Source: an uncultured Acidobacteriota bacterium (GTDB lineage Bacteria > Acidobacteriota > Polarisedimenticolia > J045). From it: DNA of 64,000 bases. Made by a program: the position numbers and the translations under genes. Of this stretch, positions 12,817 through 21,759 are shown one piece after another. The DNA lies in assembly GCA_963702425.1 (NCBI GenBank), contig CAVPCQ010000018.1:64001-128000 (forward strand), in the 5' to 3' direction. The notes beneath the pieces were generated by a model that ran no database searches, was not told where the DNA came from, and worked only from the letters and a program-made list of their open reading frames with translations. How positions within the stretch are numbered: the first letter of the stretch is position 1; each line of letters opens with the position of its first letter.

Positions 12817-14022
12817 TCAGCCCCGGACCCGGCCGACCAGCAGCACGTTCTCGAACGGCACCCCCTGCGACATCGGACGCGCATCGACGGCAAGCCCCAT
12901 CTCCTCGAGCAGCCGCTTCCACTCGCCTGCGCTCCGGTAGGCGAGGGTCTGGCGCGGCCGGCCGCGGAGGATGCTCATGGACCGCTCGGCCAGGCGCGTG
13001 ATCGCGAACCGGACGCTCGCCCGCGCGTCGGCCTCGCGCACGATCAGCATCCCTCCCGGGACGAGCGCCGCGATCACCCGGCGGAGCAGCCGCTCCTGCT
13101 CCGCGGGCGGCAGGTAGTGCAGGGCGTCCAGCAGCAGTGCGACGCGGCAGGCCGGCATCGGGACCTCGAGCGCGTCGCCGACCTCGATCACCGCGCGTCC
13201 GCCCAGCGCCCGCGCGGCGACCCCCGCGGTCCTGCCGCGCTGTTCGATTCCGACGAGCGACAGATCGTGCGGCGGCGCGGGCCAGCCCTCCGGCCACTCC
13301 CCTTCGGCGTGCTGCTTCTCGGCCGCGACCAGCAGCGCGAGCAGGATGCCGCGGCCGCAGCCGACGTCGAACAGGGTCCCCCCCGACGGAATGATGCCGT
13401 CCCGGAGGAGCGCCAGGAAGACCGGGTCCCAGCGCAGCTTGCCGCGGACGAATTCCCAGTGCCGCATGCCGGACCGGACGTAGGGGCGCGCGGCACTCTC
13501 GATCAGCGCGCCGACGCGCGGCGGCACGCGCGTGGCGTGCAGCCAGGCGAACGTGAGAAACCCCGACAGCAGCCCGGCGGTGGCGGAGACAAGCAGGCTC
13601 CCCAGCACAAGGTCGGCTCCCAGCCCCCACAGGCTCGTCGCGCGTGCGGACTCCAGCGTGAGCGGCATCAGCGTGCCGTGCCGCACGAGGTGGCCCAGCT
13701 CCAGCTCGGCCAGCGTGATCCACGGGCCGGTGAGCGGGTTGTTGATGTAGGCGGCGAGGTAGCAGAGCAGCTTGTTGACGCGGACGAGATGCGCCGTACC
13801 GAGGCAGAGCGGGAGGTGCAGCCCGTAGAGCGGAAGGCAACCGATGAACGCTCCCAGCGCGACGGCGACGGCATGACGCGCCGGGGTTCCCTGCTCGACG
13901 CGCAGCTCGTAGAGCAGTTCCGGGAGCGCCTCGCGCAGTCGACGCCGAGCGAGGGGCGGGCCGCCGTCTCCGCCCGCCGGCGGGGCCTGGGGGGCTGGAT
14001 CGGACGCAGGGGCGGAACTCAT
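12817..14022 (-). CDS. DUF2062 membrane domain fused to class I SAM-dependent methyltransferase
   Basis: N-terminal TP...A.AVALG.FIG..PLYG.H and NNP helices. C-terminal DVGCGRG, DALHY, LVPGG. Confidence 0.75.
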   Translation of the reverse strand: MSSAPASDPAPQAPPAGGDGGPPLARRRLREALPELLYELRVEQGTPARHAVAVALGAFIGCLPLYGLHLPLCLGTAHLVRVNKLLCYLAAYINNPLTGPWITLAELELGHLVRHGTLMPLTLESARATSLWGLGADLVLGSLLVSATAGLLSGFLTFAWLHATRVPPRVGALIESAARPYVRSGMRHWEFVRGKLRWDPVFLALLRDGIIPSGGTLFDVGCGRGILLALLVAAEKQHAEGEWPEGWPAPPHDLSLVGIEQRGRTAGVAARALGGRAVIEVGDALEVPMPACRVALLLDALHYLPPAEQERLLRRVIAALVPGGMLIVREADARASVRFAITRLAERSMSILRGRPRQTLAYRSAGEWKRLLEEMGLAVDARPMSQGVPFENVLLVGRVRG

Positions 14023-14124
14023 CGGCGGGTGGTCCCCTCGGTCCGTCGATCGGTCCACGAGATGGTACTATACGCGCTCGTACGGGCCGCTCCGCGCAAC
14101 ACGGCCCGGCCAGGAGTGGTCCCG

Positions 14125-14406
14125 ATGTCCGATCCCAACGTCGACCTTCGCGCGCTCCAACCGCGGCTCAAGCGCCTGATCGTGAACAGCCTCAACCTCG
14201 AGGGGATGGACCCCGACACGATCGAGGACGACGCGCCGCTTTTCGGGGACGGGCTGGGGCTCGACTCGGTCGACGCGCTCGAGCTGGTCGTGGCGCTGGA
14301 GAAGGAGTTCGGAATCAAGATCCAGGCCCAGGACATCGGCCGCGAGGCGTTCGCCTCGGTCTCCGCCCTGGCGCAGTTCATCGAGACCCGTTACGCGCCC
14401 CATTGA
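14125..14406 (+). CDS. Acyl carrier protein (aryl-polyene/type II PKS-like subtype)
   Basis: AGGAG RBS, ATG 14125. PLFGDGLGLDSVDALEL phosphopantetheine motif. Confidence 0.9.
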   Translation: MSDPNVDLRALQPRLKRLIVNSLNLEGMDPDTIEDDAPLFGDGLGLDSVDALELVVALEKEFGIKIQAQDIGREAFASVSALAQFIETRYAPH

Positions 14407-14407
14407 T

Positions 14408-14515
14408 GCGGGCCGGCACGGAGGCCGGCCCCTACAGCCGAACGTTGGGGCCGGCCTCCGTGCCGGCCCGCGTGGCCTCCGCTCCGGCCCGCGCGGCCTC
14501 CGTGCCGGCCCGACC
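14408..14515. repeat. 25-bp perfect inverted repeat plus three tandem 21-bp direct repeats
   Basis: Arms 14408-14432 and 14447-14471. Unit GGCCTCCGTGCCGGCCCG(CGT) at 14453, 14474 (variant) and 14495. Confidence 0.85.
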
Positions 14516-14519
14516 GGGG

Positions 14520-15848
14520 TCAGTACTTCAGCAGGTACCGCTCGACCTCCCACGGGTGGACGACGCTGATGTACTCGTGCCAGTCGGCGAGCTTCGCTTC
14601 CACCAGGTGCTGCGCGATGTGCTCGCCCAGCGCCGCCTTCACGACCGCGTCCTGCTCCAGCGCGCGGACTGCCTCGAAGAGGTCGGGCGGCAGGTTCTCG
14701 ATCTTCCGTCGCCGCTTCTCGCGCTCGCCCATCTTGTAGATGTCCTCGTTGACCGGCGGCCCCGGGTCGAGCTTGCGCTCGATCCCGTCGAGCCCGGCGG
14801 CGAGCATGACGGCGAACGCGAGGTACGGGTTGCACGACGGGTCGGGCATCCGGACCTCCACCCGCGTGCCCGTGCCGCGCCGGTCCGGGACGCGCGCGAG
14901 CGGGCTCCGGTTCCGCTCCGACCAGGCGATGTTGGTGGGCGCCTCGTACCCCGGCACCAGCCGCTTGTAGGAGTTCACGGTCGGGTTGGTCACCGCGCAG
15001 AACCCCCTGGCATGCACGAGGATCCCGCCGATGTAGTGCAGGCAGAGCGCGGACAGCCCGTGCGGCGCCGACGGGTCGTCGAAGGCGTTCCGGCCGCTTG
15101 CGTCGAAGAGCGACTGATGGGTGTGCATCCCCGAACCGTTGACCCCGAACAGCGGCTTGGGCATGAAGGTCGCGTAGAGGTCGTGCTTCAGCGCGACCCG
15201 CTTCACGACGTGCTTGAAGACCAGGATGTTGTCCGCGGTCTCGAGCGCACCCGCGTAGCGGAAGTCGATCTCGTGCTGGCCGGGGGCGACCTCGTGGTGC
15301 GCGGCCTCGACCTCGAACCCCATCTTCTCGAGCACGTTGACGATGTCGCGCCGCGCCTCCTCGCCCTTGTCCACGGGCGCCAGGTCGAAGTAGGCCCCCT
15401 GGTCGTGGGTCTCGGTCGTCGGCGTCCCGTCGGGCCGGCGCAGGAACAGGAAGAACTCGGCCTCGGGTCCCATCATCGGGGTGAAGCCGCGCGCCGCGGC
15501 CAGGTCGACCGTGCGCCGCAGCGCGCCGCGCGGGTCGCCCGCGAACGGGGAGCCATCGGGCATCGCGACGTCGCAGATCATCATCGCCACCCGGTCGCCG
15601 GCGTCGGTCGGGACGATCCGCAGCGAGGCGGGGTCCGGGTGCAGGAGCATGTCGGACTCCTGGATCCGGACGAACCCCTCGACCGACGAGCCGTCGAACA
15701 TCACGTCGCCGGCCAGCGCCTTGTCGAACTGCGTGTCGGGGACCTCGACGTTCTTGACGATGCCGTGGATGTCCGAGAAGACCAGCCGCAGGAAGCGGAC
15801 CTTCTCGTCCTTCAGGATCGCGCGCGCTTCGCTCGCCGAACGGGCCAT
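14520..15848 (-). CDS. glnA: Glutamine synthetase type I (short GSI-alpha-like form)
   Basis: FDGSSVEGF, GPEAEFFLF, HHEVAPGQHE, ATFMPKP, NGSGMHTHQS, NSYKRLVPGYEAP, RVEVR. RBS before ATG 15848. Confidence 0.9.
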   Translation of the reverse strand: MARSASEARAILKDEKVRFLRLVFSDIHGIVKNVEVPDTQFDKALAGDVMFDGSSVEGFVRIQESDMLLHPDPASLRIVPTDAGDRVAMMICDVAMPDGSPFAGDPRGALRRTVDLAAARGFTPMMGPEAEFFLFLRRPDGTPTTETHDQGAYFDLAPVDKGEEARRDIVNVLEKMGFEVEAAHHEVAPGQHEIDFRYAGALETADNILVFKHVVKRVALKHDLYATFMPKPLFGVNGSGMHTHQSLFDASGRNAFDDPSAPHGLSALCLHYIGGILVHARGFCAVTNPTVNSYKRLVPGYEAPTNIAWSERNRSPLARVPDRRGTGTRVEVRMPDPSCNPYLAFAVMLAAGLDGIERKLDPGPPVNEDIYKMGEREKRRRKIENLPPDLFEAVRALEQDAVVKAALGEHIAQHLVEAKLADWHEYISVVHPWEVERYLLKY

Positions 15849-15897
15849 GGGGTCCTCCTTGCCGGGTCTTCGATTCCGCGGGGGCGGCGGAAGCAGA

Positions 15898-16587
15898 TCA
15901 CAGCGCGTCGAGTAGATCCAGCACCTGCCGCGGCTCCGCAAGGGAGTCGAGCAGGAGGTCGGGTCGGGACGGGGCGAGCTCGGCGCGCGGCGTCCAGCCC
16001 GAGGCGACCGCCACCGCCCGCGCGCCGATCGCGCGCGCCGCGGCGACGTCGTGCGGCGTGTCGCCGATCACCACGACGCGCCCTTCGATGACCCCCTGCG
16101 CGGCCAGCCGCGCCATCGCCGCGCGGGCCAACTCATCGCGCTCGCGGCCGTCCTCGGCGAAGCCGCCGTCCTGCGCCGCCAGCCAGCCCAGCCCGACCGC
16201 GTCGAGCTTGCGCCGCGCCCCCTCCCGCACGTTGCCGGTCAAGAGCCCGATGGCGACGTCGTCGCGCAGCTCGAGCGCGGCGAGGAGCGCGAGGACCCCG
16301 GGCAGCAGCTCGACCTCGACCTCGGCCAGCGCCAGGTCCAGCTCGTCGAGGTAGGCCGCCACCACGCGGGCGTCCAGGCCGGGCTCCGGCTCGCCCCCCG
16401 CGCGCCGCACCAGCTCCTCGATCAGCAGCTCGTCGGTCCGGCCGCGGAAGTCGACCGCGCGGGCGTGGGTGCGTACGGCGTCGAGCGGTGCACCGAGCAC
16501 GCGCGCCACGCCGCGCGCCAGGGCCTCGCGCCCCGCGCCCCCGGCCTTGACCAGCGTCCCGTCGACGTCGAAGAGCACCGCGCGCAT
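15898..16587 (-). CDS. HAD family hydrolase (phosphoglycolate phosphatase-like)
   Basis: LFDVDGTL, LLTGN, IGDTPHD. Confidence 0.85.
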   Translation of the reverse strand: MRAVLFDVDGTLVKAGGAGREALARGVARVLGAPLDAVRTHARAVDFRGRTDELLIEELVRRAGGEPEPGLDARVVAAYLDELDLALAEVEVELLPGVLALLAALELRDDVAIGLLTGNVREGARRKLDAVGLGWLAAQDGGFAEDGRERDELARAAMARLAAQGVIEGRVVVIGDTPHDVAAARAIGARAVAVASGWTPRAELAPSRPDLLLDSLAEPRQVLDLLDAL

Positions 16588-16702
16588 CGCGGGTGAACGG
16601 TACTGCAACGGGCAGCGCGATGCAGCCGCCTCGAAATGAACCGCACGCTTCGGCCCCTCGCGAATGATCCGCGCTAGAATCCCCCGGCTGCGGAGCGATC
16701 GA

Positions 16703-18397
16703 ATGACGGCGTTACGCTGGACGATGCTCGCCACGGGGGCGGCGATGATGATCGCGGGCAGCGGGTGCGGCGGCGGCAGCGAGCCCCCGCCGGTCCAGCG
16801 GGTCAACATCCTCACCGGGCCGCGCTTCTGGACCGGCGACCCGCAGCGTCCGTGGGCGGACGGGCTGGTCGTCAACGACGGCCGGATCGAGCGCGTGCTG
16901 GACCGGGCCGAGATCGGGTCGCTGATCGCCGCCGGCGGGACCGTGCGCCAGCTCCCGGGCGCACTCGCGGTCCCGGGGCTCGTCGATGCCCACGGCCACG
17001 TCACGAGCTACGCGATGACGGGCCGGCGCGCCGACCTGACCGGCGCGCGGTCGCTCGACGACACGCTCGACCGGGTGCGCGCGTTCGCCGCGGAGCACCC
17101 CGACGCCGCCTGGGTGCTGGGACGCGGCTGGGACCAGAACGACTGGCCCGACCGCGGCTGGCCCGACGCCGAGCGGCTGGAGCAGGCGGTGTCCGGGCGC
17201 CCGGCCGCGCTGACCCGCGTCGACGGCCACGCGCTGTGGGTCAACCGCTCGGCGCTGGCCGCCGCGGGGATCAGTGCCGCCACGCCCGATCCGCCCGGCG
17301 GCGCGATCCTCCGCGACGCAGCCGGCCGGCCGACCGGGATCCTGGTCGACCGCGCGGCGGAGCTGGTGGAGAACGTCGTCCCGGCGCCGCCGGCGCGCGC
17401 AGTCGAGCAGGCGCTGGCGGTTGCCGCGCAGCAGCTCGTCGCGCTCGGCCTGACGGGCGTCCACGACATGGACGCCGACGCGCCGGGGTACGGCAGCGGC
17501 TGGAGCGCGATGCGCGCCCTGGCGAAGCAGGGGAAGTTCCCGCTGCGGATCAACGCCTTCGCCGCCCTCGGTTCGCCGCTGCACCGGGAGATCCTCGACA
17601 GCGGCCCGATCGAGGACGGCCGGCTGCGCGCGATCGGGATCAAGCTCTACATGGACGGCGCGCTCGGCAGCCGCGGCGCGCGGCTGCTCGCGCCCTACAG
17701 CGACGAGCCGAAAAGCTCCGGTCTCTGGGTGACCGAGCTGGCGGAGGTCGCCGCCCACGCGCGGCAGGCCACCGATGCGGGACTCGAGACCGCGATCCAC
17801 GCGATCGGCGACGCCGGGATCGGCGCCGCGCTCGAGGTCGCCCGGCTGACCCGGACCACGACCACCAACCGCGCGCCGAAGCGGTTCCGGATCGAGCACG
17901 CGCAGATCGTCGACCTGGCGGACATCCCGCGCTTCAAGGAGCTGGGGGTGATCGCGTCGATGCAGCCGACGCACGCCACGTCGGACATGCCGTGGGCCGA
18001 GGACCGCGTCGGGCCGCTGCGGATTCGGGGAGCGTACGCGTGGCGCGCATTCCTTGATGCAGGCGTGCCGCTGGCCTTCGGCTCGGACTTCCCGATCGAG
18101 TCGCCCGACCCGCGGCTGGGGCTCTACGCCGCCGTCACCCGCCAGGACCGCAACGGGATGCCGCCCGGCGGCTGGCTCCCGGAGCAGCGGCTGACGCTGG
18201 CCGAGGCGCTCGCCGCGTTCTCGGCGGGCGCCGCCTTCGCCGCCGGCCAGGAGAACGAGCTGGGCCGGCTCGCTCCGGGCTACCAGGCCGACCTGACGAT
18301 CTTCGAGGACGACCTCTTCGCGCTGCCGCCCGAGAAGCTGCCGACCGCCGGGATCGCGGCGACGGTGATCGCGGGGGAAACGGTCTACGCGAAGTGA
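16703..18397 (+). CDS. Amidohydrolase-3 family (YtcJ-like) lipoprotein
   Basis: Lipobox-like GSGC. PGLVDAHGH, DGH, DGALGSRGA, IHAIGD, RIEHAQ, FGSDFP. Confidence 0.88.
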   Translation: MTALRWTMLATGAAMMIAGSGCGGGSEPPPVQRVNILTGPRFWTGDPQRPWADGLVVNDGRIERVLDRAEIGSLIAAGGTVRQLPGALAVPGLVDAHGHVTSYAMTGRRADLTGARSLDDTLDRVRAFAAEHPDAAWVLGRGWDQNDWPDRGWPDAERLEQAVSGRPAALTRVDGHALWVNRSALAAAGISAATPDPPGGAILRDAAGRPTGILVDRAAELVENVVPAPPARAVEQALAVAAQQLVALGLTGVHDMDADAPGYGSGWSAMRALAKQGKFPLRINAFAALGSPLHREILDSGPIEDGRLRAIGIKLYMDGALGSRGARLLAPYSDEPKSSGLWVTELAEVAAHARQATDAGLETAIHAIGDAGIGAALEVARLTRTTTTNRAPKRFRIEHAQIVDLADIPRFKELGVIASMQPTHATSDMPWAEDRVGPLRIRGAYAWRAFLDAGVPLAFGSDFPIESPDPRLGLYAAVTRQDRNGMPPGGWLPEQRLTLAEALAAFSAGAAFAAGQENELGRLAPGYQADLTIFEDDLFALPPEKLPTAGIAATVIAGETVYAK

Positions 18398-18437
18398 CGG
18401 ATTGCCGCCGCGGGCGGAGAAAGCGAGAATTCCGCGC

Positions 18438-18950
18438 ATGGAGAGCCTGCCTTCCCTCGTCCCATTGCCCGCCGCCGTGGCCGTCCAGCCCGACGGCCCG
18501 CCCTGTCACCGCTGCGTCGCGCTCTGCTGCCGCTACTACGCGCTGGAGATCGACGCCCCGGAGGACGAGGAGGACTTCGAGCAGATCAAGTGGTACCTGA
18601 TCCACGGCAAGAGCTGGGTCTGGTCCGACGACGGCGAGTGGTACCTGCAGGTCGATGAGGACTGCAGTTTCCTCGGGCCCCACAACGAGTGCCAGATCTA
18701 CGACAGGCGCCCGAAGATCTGCCGCGAGTACGGCATGCCCGAGCACCTCGACGACCCGGACGAGCCGCTCTGCGACTACTTCGCCCGCACGGAAAGCCAC
18801 CAGCTCGAGTTCCGCACGCTGGAGGAGCTCGACTCGTACGCCAAGGTCACCCTGGCGCGCCGTGAAGCCCAGCGCGCGCGGCGCTCGGCCGCGGCGAGCG
18901 AGGCCTGGGCGCGGCGCAAGAAGGCCCGCAAGCCCCGCAAGGCGCGCTAG
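18438..18950 (+). CDS. YkgJ family cysteine-cluster (CxxCxxCC) protein
   Basis: CHRCVALCC...CSFL...CQIYDRRPKICREY. Confidence 0.85.
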   Translation: MESLPSLVPLPAAVAVQPDGPPCHRCVALCCRYYALEIDAPEDEEDFEQIKWYLIHGKSWVWSDDGEWYLQVDEDCSFLGPHNECQIYDRRPKICREYGMPEHLDDPDEPLCDYFARTESHQLEFRTLEELDSYAKVTLARREAQRARRSAAASEAWARRKKARKPRKAR

Positions 18951-18993
18951 CGCGGGCGCACTGCGGGTCGCGCCCGGGCCGCGCGAGGCAACG

Positions 18994-19326
18994 ATGGGAC
19001 CAGTGACGGTCTTCACGCTCGGCGCGCTCGCCTTTGGCGTTGCGCTCTACGGGCTGCATCGGCTGGCGCTGCGGCTCGAGCGCAAAGGGCACATCTACTA
19101 CCTGCACAGTCAGCCCTCCGGCTCCGCGCTCGGGAACGCCGCGCTCGCGGTCCAGTCGCTCCTCGAGCCGGGGAAGCGATACGTCGTCGAGGAGCGGCAG
19201 GCGGAGACGACCGAGCGGCGCGAGAGCGGGGACCCGCCGGATCCCGCCGATCCGGCCGACGACGCGGGGAACCGGCTGGAAACCGGCCCAGACGAACCGG
19301 ATCGAGAGCGTGAGGCGGAACGGTGA
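18994..19326 (+). CDS. Small membrane-anchored hypothetical protein
   Basis: GAGG RBS, N-terminal TM helix, acidic tail. Stop overlaps the next start. Confidence 0.65.
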   Translation: MGPVTVFTLGALAFGVALYGLHRLALRLERKGHIYYLHSQPSGSALGNAALAVQSLLEPGKRYVVEERQAETTERRESGDPPDPADPADDAGNRLETGPDEPDREREAER

Positions 19327-21752
19327 AGCGACGCTCCGCCGGGCCGGCGTTCGCCGCAGCCGGCGGACTGGCCCTCGCCGCGCAGACCGACCTGCTGCGC
19401 GAGCTGGTCGTCGCGCTGCAGGGGGACGAGACGGCCGTCGGGCTGGGGCTGGCGGTGTGGCTGGTCGGCATCGCCGGCGGAGCGCTGGCTGCGCGCGCGG
19501 CGGTCGCCCACGACCCGGGCGGCGTCACCCCGCTGGCCCCGCACCCCCCGCGCACCCTGCCTGCCCCGCACACCCCGCACACCCGGCGCGCCCCGCGCGC
19601 GGCGAGCACGGGGCTCGCCGGCCTCGCGCTGGCGACGCTCGCGGCGGTCGTGCTGGCGCGGACCGGCCGGGCCTGGCTCGGCGTGCCCGCAGGCGAGCTG
19701 CTCAGCCTCGGTCCGGCGCTCGCGCTGGCGCTCGCGGTCCTGCTCGTGCCGGGCGCGCTCGTCGGCTGGACCTTCGTCGCGCTGGCCGCGGCGGCGCAGC
19801 AGGCACACCGCGCTGCGGCGGGGACCGTCGTCGTCGGGCTCTACGTCCTCGAGTCGCTCGGCGCCCTGGCCGGCGCGGTGCTGGTGACGTTCGTCGCGAT
19901 CCCGCTGCTCCCGACCGTACGCGGCGTGCTGGCTGCGGGGGCGCTCGCCCTCCTCGTGGCTTCGGTGTCGGCGCGGCGCGGCATCGTCGCCGGGCGATGG
20001 GCGCTGCCGGTCCTCGCCGCACTCCTCGCGCTGGGGGCGCTGTCTCCCGCGGCCGGCTGGCTGGAGCAACGGACCCAGACGGCGCGCTTCGCGACCCTCG
20101 CCCCCGGGCTGCCCCTGCTCGCCTGGCGCGACACGCCGTACCAGAACGCGGCAATCGGAGGGGAACCGGCCGGTCCCGGCGCGCTGCGCAGCTTCTACGC
20201 GTCGGGCCAGCTCGCCGCCAGCTTCCCCGACCCGGCGACGGCGGAGCAGCAGGCGCACCTGCTGATGAGCCTCGCGCCGCGGCCGCGCCGCGTCTTCGCG
20301 GCCGGCGGGGTCGAGACCGGGATGCTGCGCTTCGTGCTGCGACACCCGGTCGAGCGGATCGACGTCGCGATCCCCGACCGGCGCGCCTTCGAGTTGACGA
20401 GGGAATACGTTGCGAAGGAAGATCGGGACGCCCTGGTCGATTCGCGGGTGCGGCTGCTCTTCGACGACCCGCGCCGCGCGCTGGCTCGCGGCGGCGAGCC
20501 GTACGACCTGGTACTGATCCTCGAGCGCGAGCCGGAGACGCTGCTTGCGGCACGCCTCGCGACGGTCGAGTTCTTCCGCGCGGCGGCGGCGCGGCTCGAT
20601 CGCGAGTCGGGGGTGCTGGTGGCGAGCCTGCCGGTGGCCTCGGTCGCGCTGGCCGGGGAGACCGCCGGGCTGGGCGCGTCGCTCTGGGGCGCGCTGCGCG
20701 AGGCGCTCCCGGTGGCACACGCCTCGCCCGCGCCGCAGGCCCTCCTGGTCGCCGGCTGGAACCCGGCGGCCGCGACGCTCGACCCGGGCGTGCTGGCGGC
20801 GCGCTGGCGCGAGCGCGGCATCGCCTCGCACGCCTTCGATGCGGCGCTCTTTCCGCTGCTGCTGCCGCCGGAGGGGGCCGCCGCGCTGGCCCGCGACCTC
20901 GAGCGGCTGCGCGGCGATGTCGCGCCCTCGCGCGACGACCGCCCGACCGCCTTCCTGCACGCCTTCGTCCGGCGCCAGCAGGTGGCGCGGAGCGCGGCCG
21001 CGCCGCTGGTCGCCGCGGCCGCGGCGCACCCCGCCTCGCTGGCGCTGCTCGCGCTGCTCCCCACGGCGCTCTTCGCGCTGTCGACGCTCGCGCGGCGCGC
21101 GCGCGGGGCGCGGCACGCGGCGCCGGGCCCGCGCGCGGCGCCGGCCCGGCGCGGGCCGCCGGACCTGCGCGCGGCCGCGTGGCACTCGGTCGCTGCGACC
21201 GGCGCGTGCGGCATGGCCTGGAGCCTCGTGCTGCTGGTCTCGTACCAGGTGCGTGCCGGGATGCTCTACGGGCGGATCGGGCTGCTCGCGGCGCTCTTCA
21301 TGGCGGGGCTTGCGGCCGGCGGCTGGGCGGTGCGGCGCGCGGCGTCGGGTGAGACGGGCGACGCGGGACGGGGCCTCGTGCTGGGCGCGGCGCTCGGTAC
21401 GGTTTTCGGCGCGCTGCTGGCCGGGATGCTCGCCGCGCTGAGCGCGGTCCCGGCGCTCGGCGCACTGGGTGACTTCGGGCAGGCGGCGCTGCACGGCCTG
21501 CTGCTGTTCGTCGCCGGGATCGCGACCGCCGCGCCGTTCCCGGCGGCCGCGGGCGCCATCGCCGCGGCGGGCGGGGACGCGGCGCGCGCCGCGGCGGGAC
21601 CGGAGATCGCCGACCACCTCGGCGCGGCGCTCGCGGCGCTCGCGACCGCGGTCCTGCTGGTCCCGGCGCTCGGCCTCGCGGCGACGGCGCTGCTGACGGC
21701 GGGGATCCAGATGCTCGCGCTTGTCGCGGCGCTCGCGGCGGCGCGCGCGTGA
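19323..21752 (+). CDS. Membrane-fused spermidine synthase-like protein
   Basis: Multi-TM N- and C-termini (LRELVV..GDE, LYVLESLG..AG) around a soluble DTPYQN...DDPRR...YDLV...TVEFF domain. Confidence 0.7.
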   Translation: MKRRSAGPAFAAAGGLALAAQTDLLRELVVALQGDETAVGLGLAVWLVGIAGGALAARAAVAHDPGGVTPLAPHPPRTLPAPHTPHTRRAPRAASTGLAGLALATLAAVVLARTGRAWLGVPAGELLSLGPALALALAVLLVPGALVGWTFVALAAAAQQAHRAAAGTVVVGLYVLESLGALAGAVLVTFVAIPLLPTVRGVLAAGALALLVASVSARRGIVAGRWALPVLAALLALGALSPAAGWLEQRTQTARFATLAPGLPLLAWRDTPYQNAAIGGEPAGPGALRSFYASGQLAASFPDPATAEQQAHLLMSLAPRPRRVFAAGGVETGMLRFVLRHPVERIDVAIPDRRAFELTREYVAKEDRDALVDSRVRLLFDDPRRALARGGEPYDLVLILEREPETLLAARLATVEFFRAAAARLDRESGVLVASLPVASVALAGETAGLGASLWGALREALPVAHASPAPQALLVAGWNPAAATLDPGVLAARWRERGIASHAFDAALFPLLLPPEGAAALARDLERLRGDVAPSRDDRPTAFLHAFVRRQQVARSAAAPLVAAAAAHPASLALLALLPTALFALSTLARRARGARHAAPGPRAAPARRGPPDLRAAAWHSVAATGACGMAWSLVLLVSYQVRAGMLYGRIGLLAALFMAGLAAGGWAVRRAASGETGDAGRGLVLGAALGTVFGALLAGMLAALSAVPALGALGDFGQAALHGLLLFVAGIATAAPFPAAAGAIAAAGGDAARAAAGPEIADHLGAALAALATAVLLVPALGLAATALLTAGIQMLALVAALAAARA

Positions 21753-21759
21753 GGTATCG

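Noticed and set aside
13117-14406. 429-aa ORF ending in an ACP domain as a fusion protein (similarly the long upstream extensions on track ORFs 21760-23988, 31662-33905, 47799-50207, 59186-61105 and 60704-62479)
   Set aside because: The extensions overlap other real genes; internal starts with an RBS or stop-start overlap explain the true proteins.
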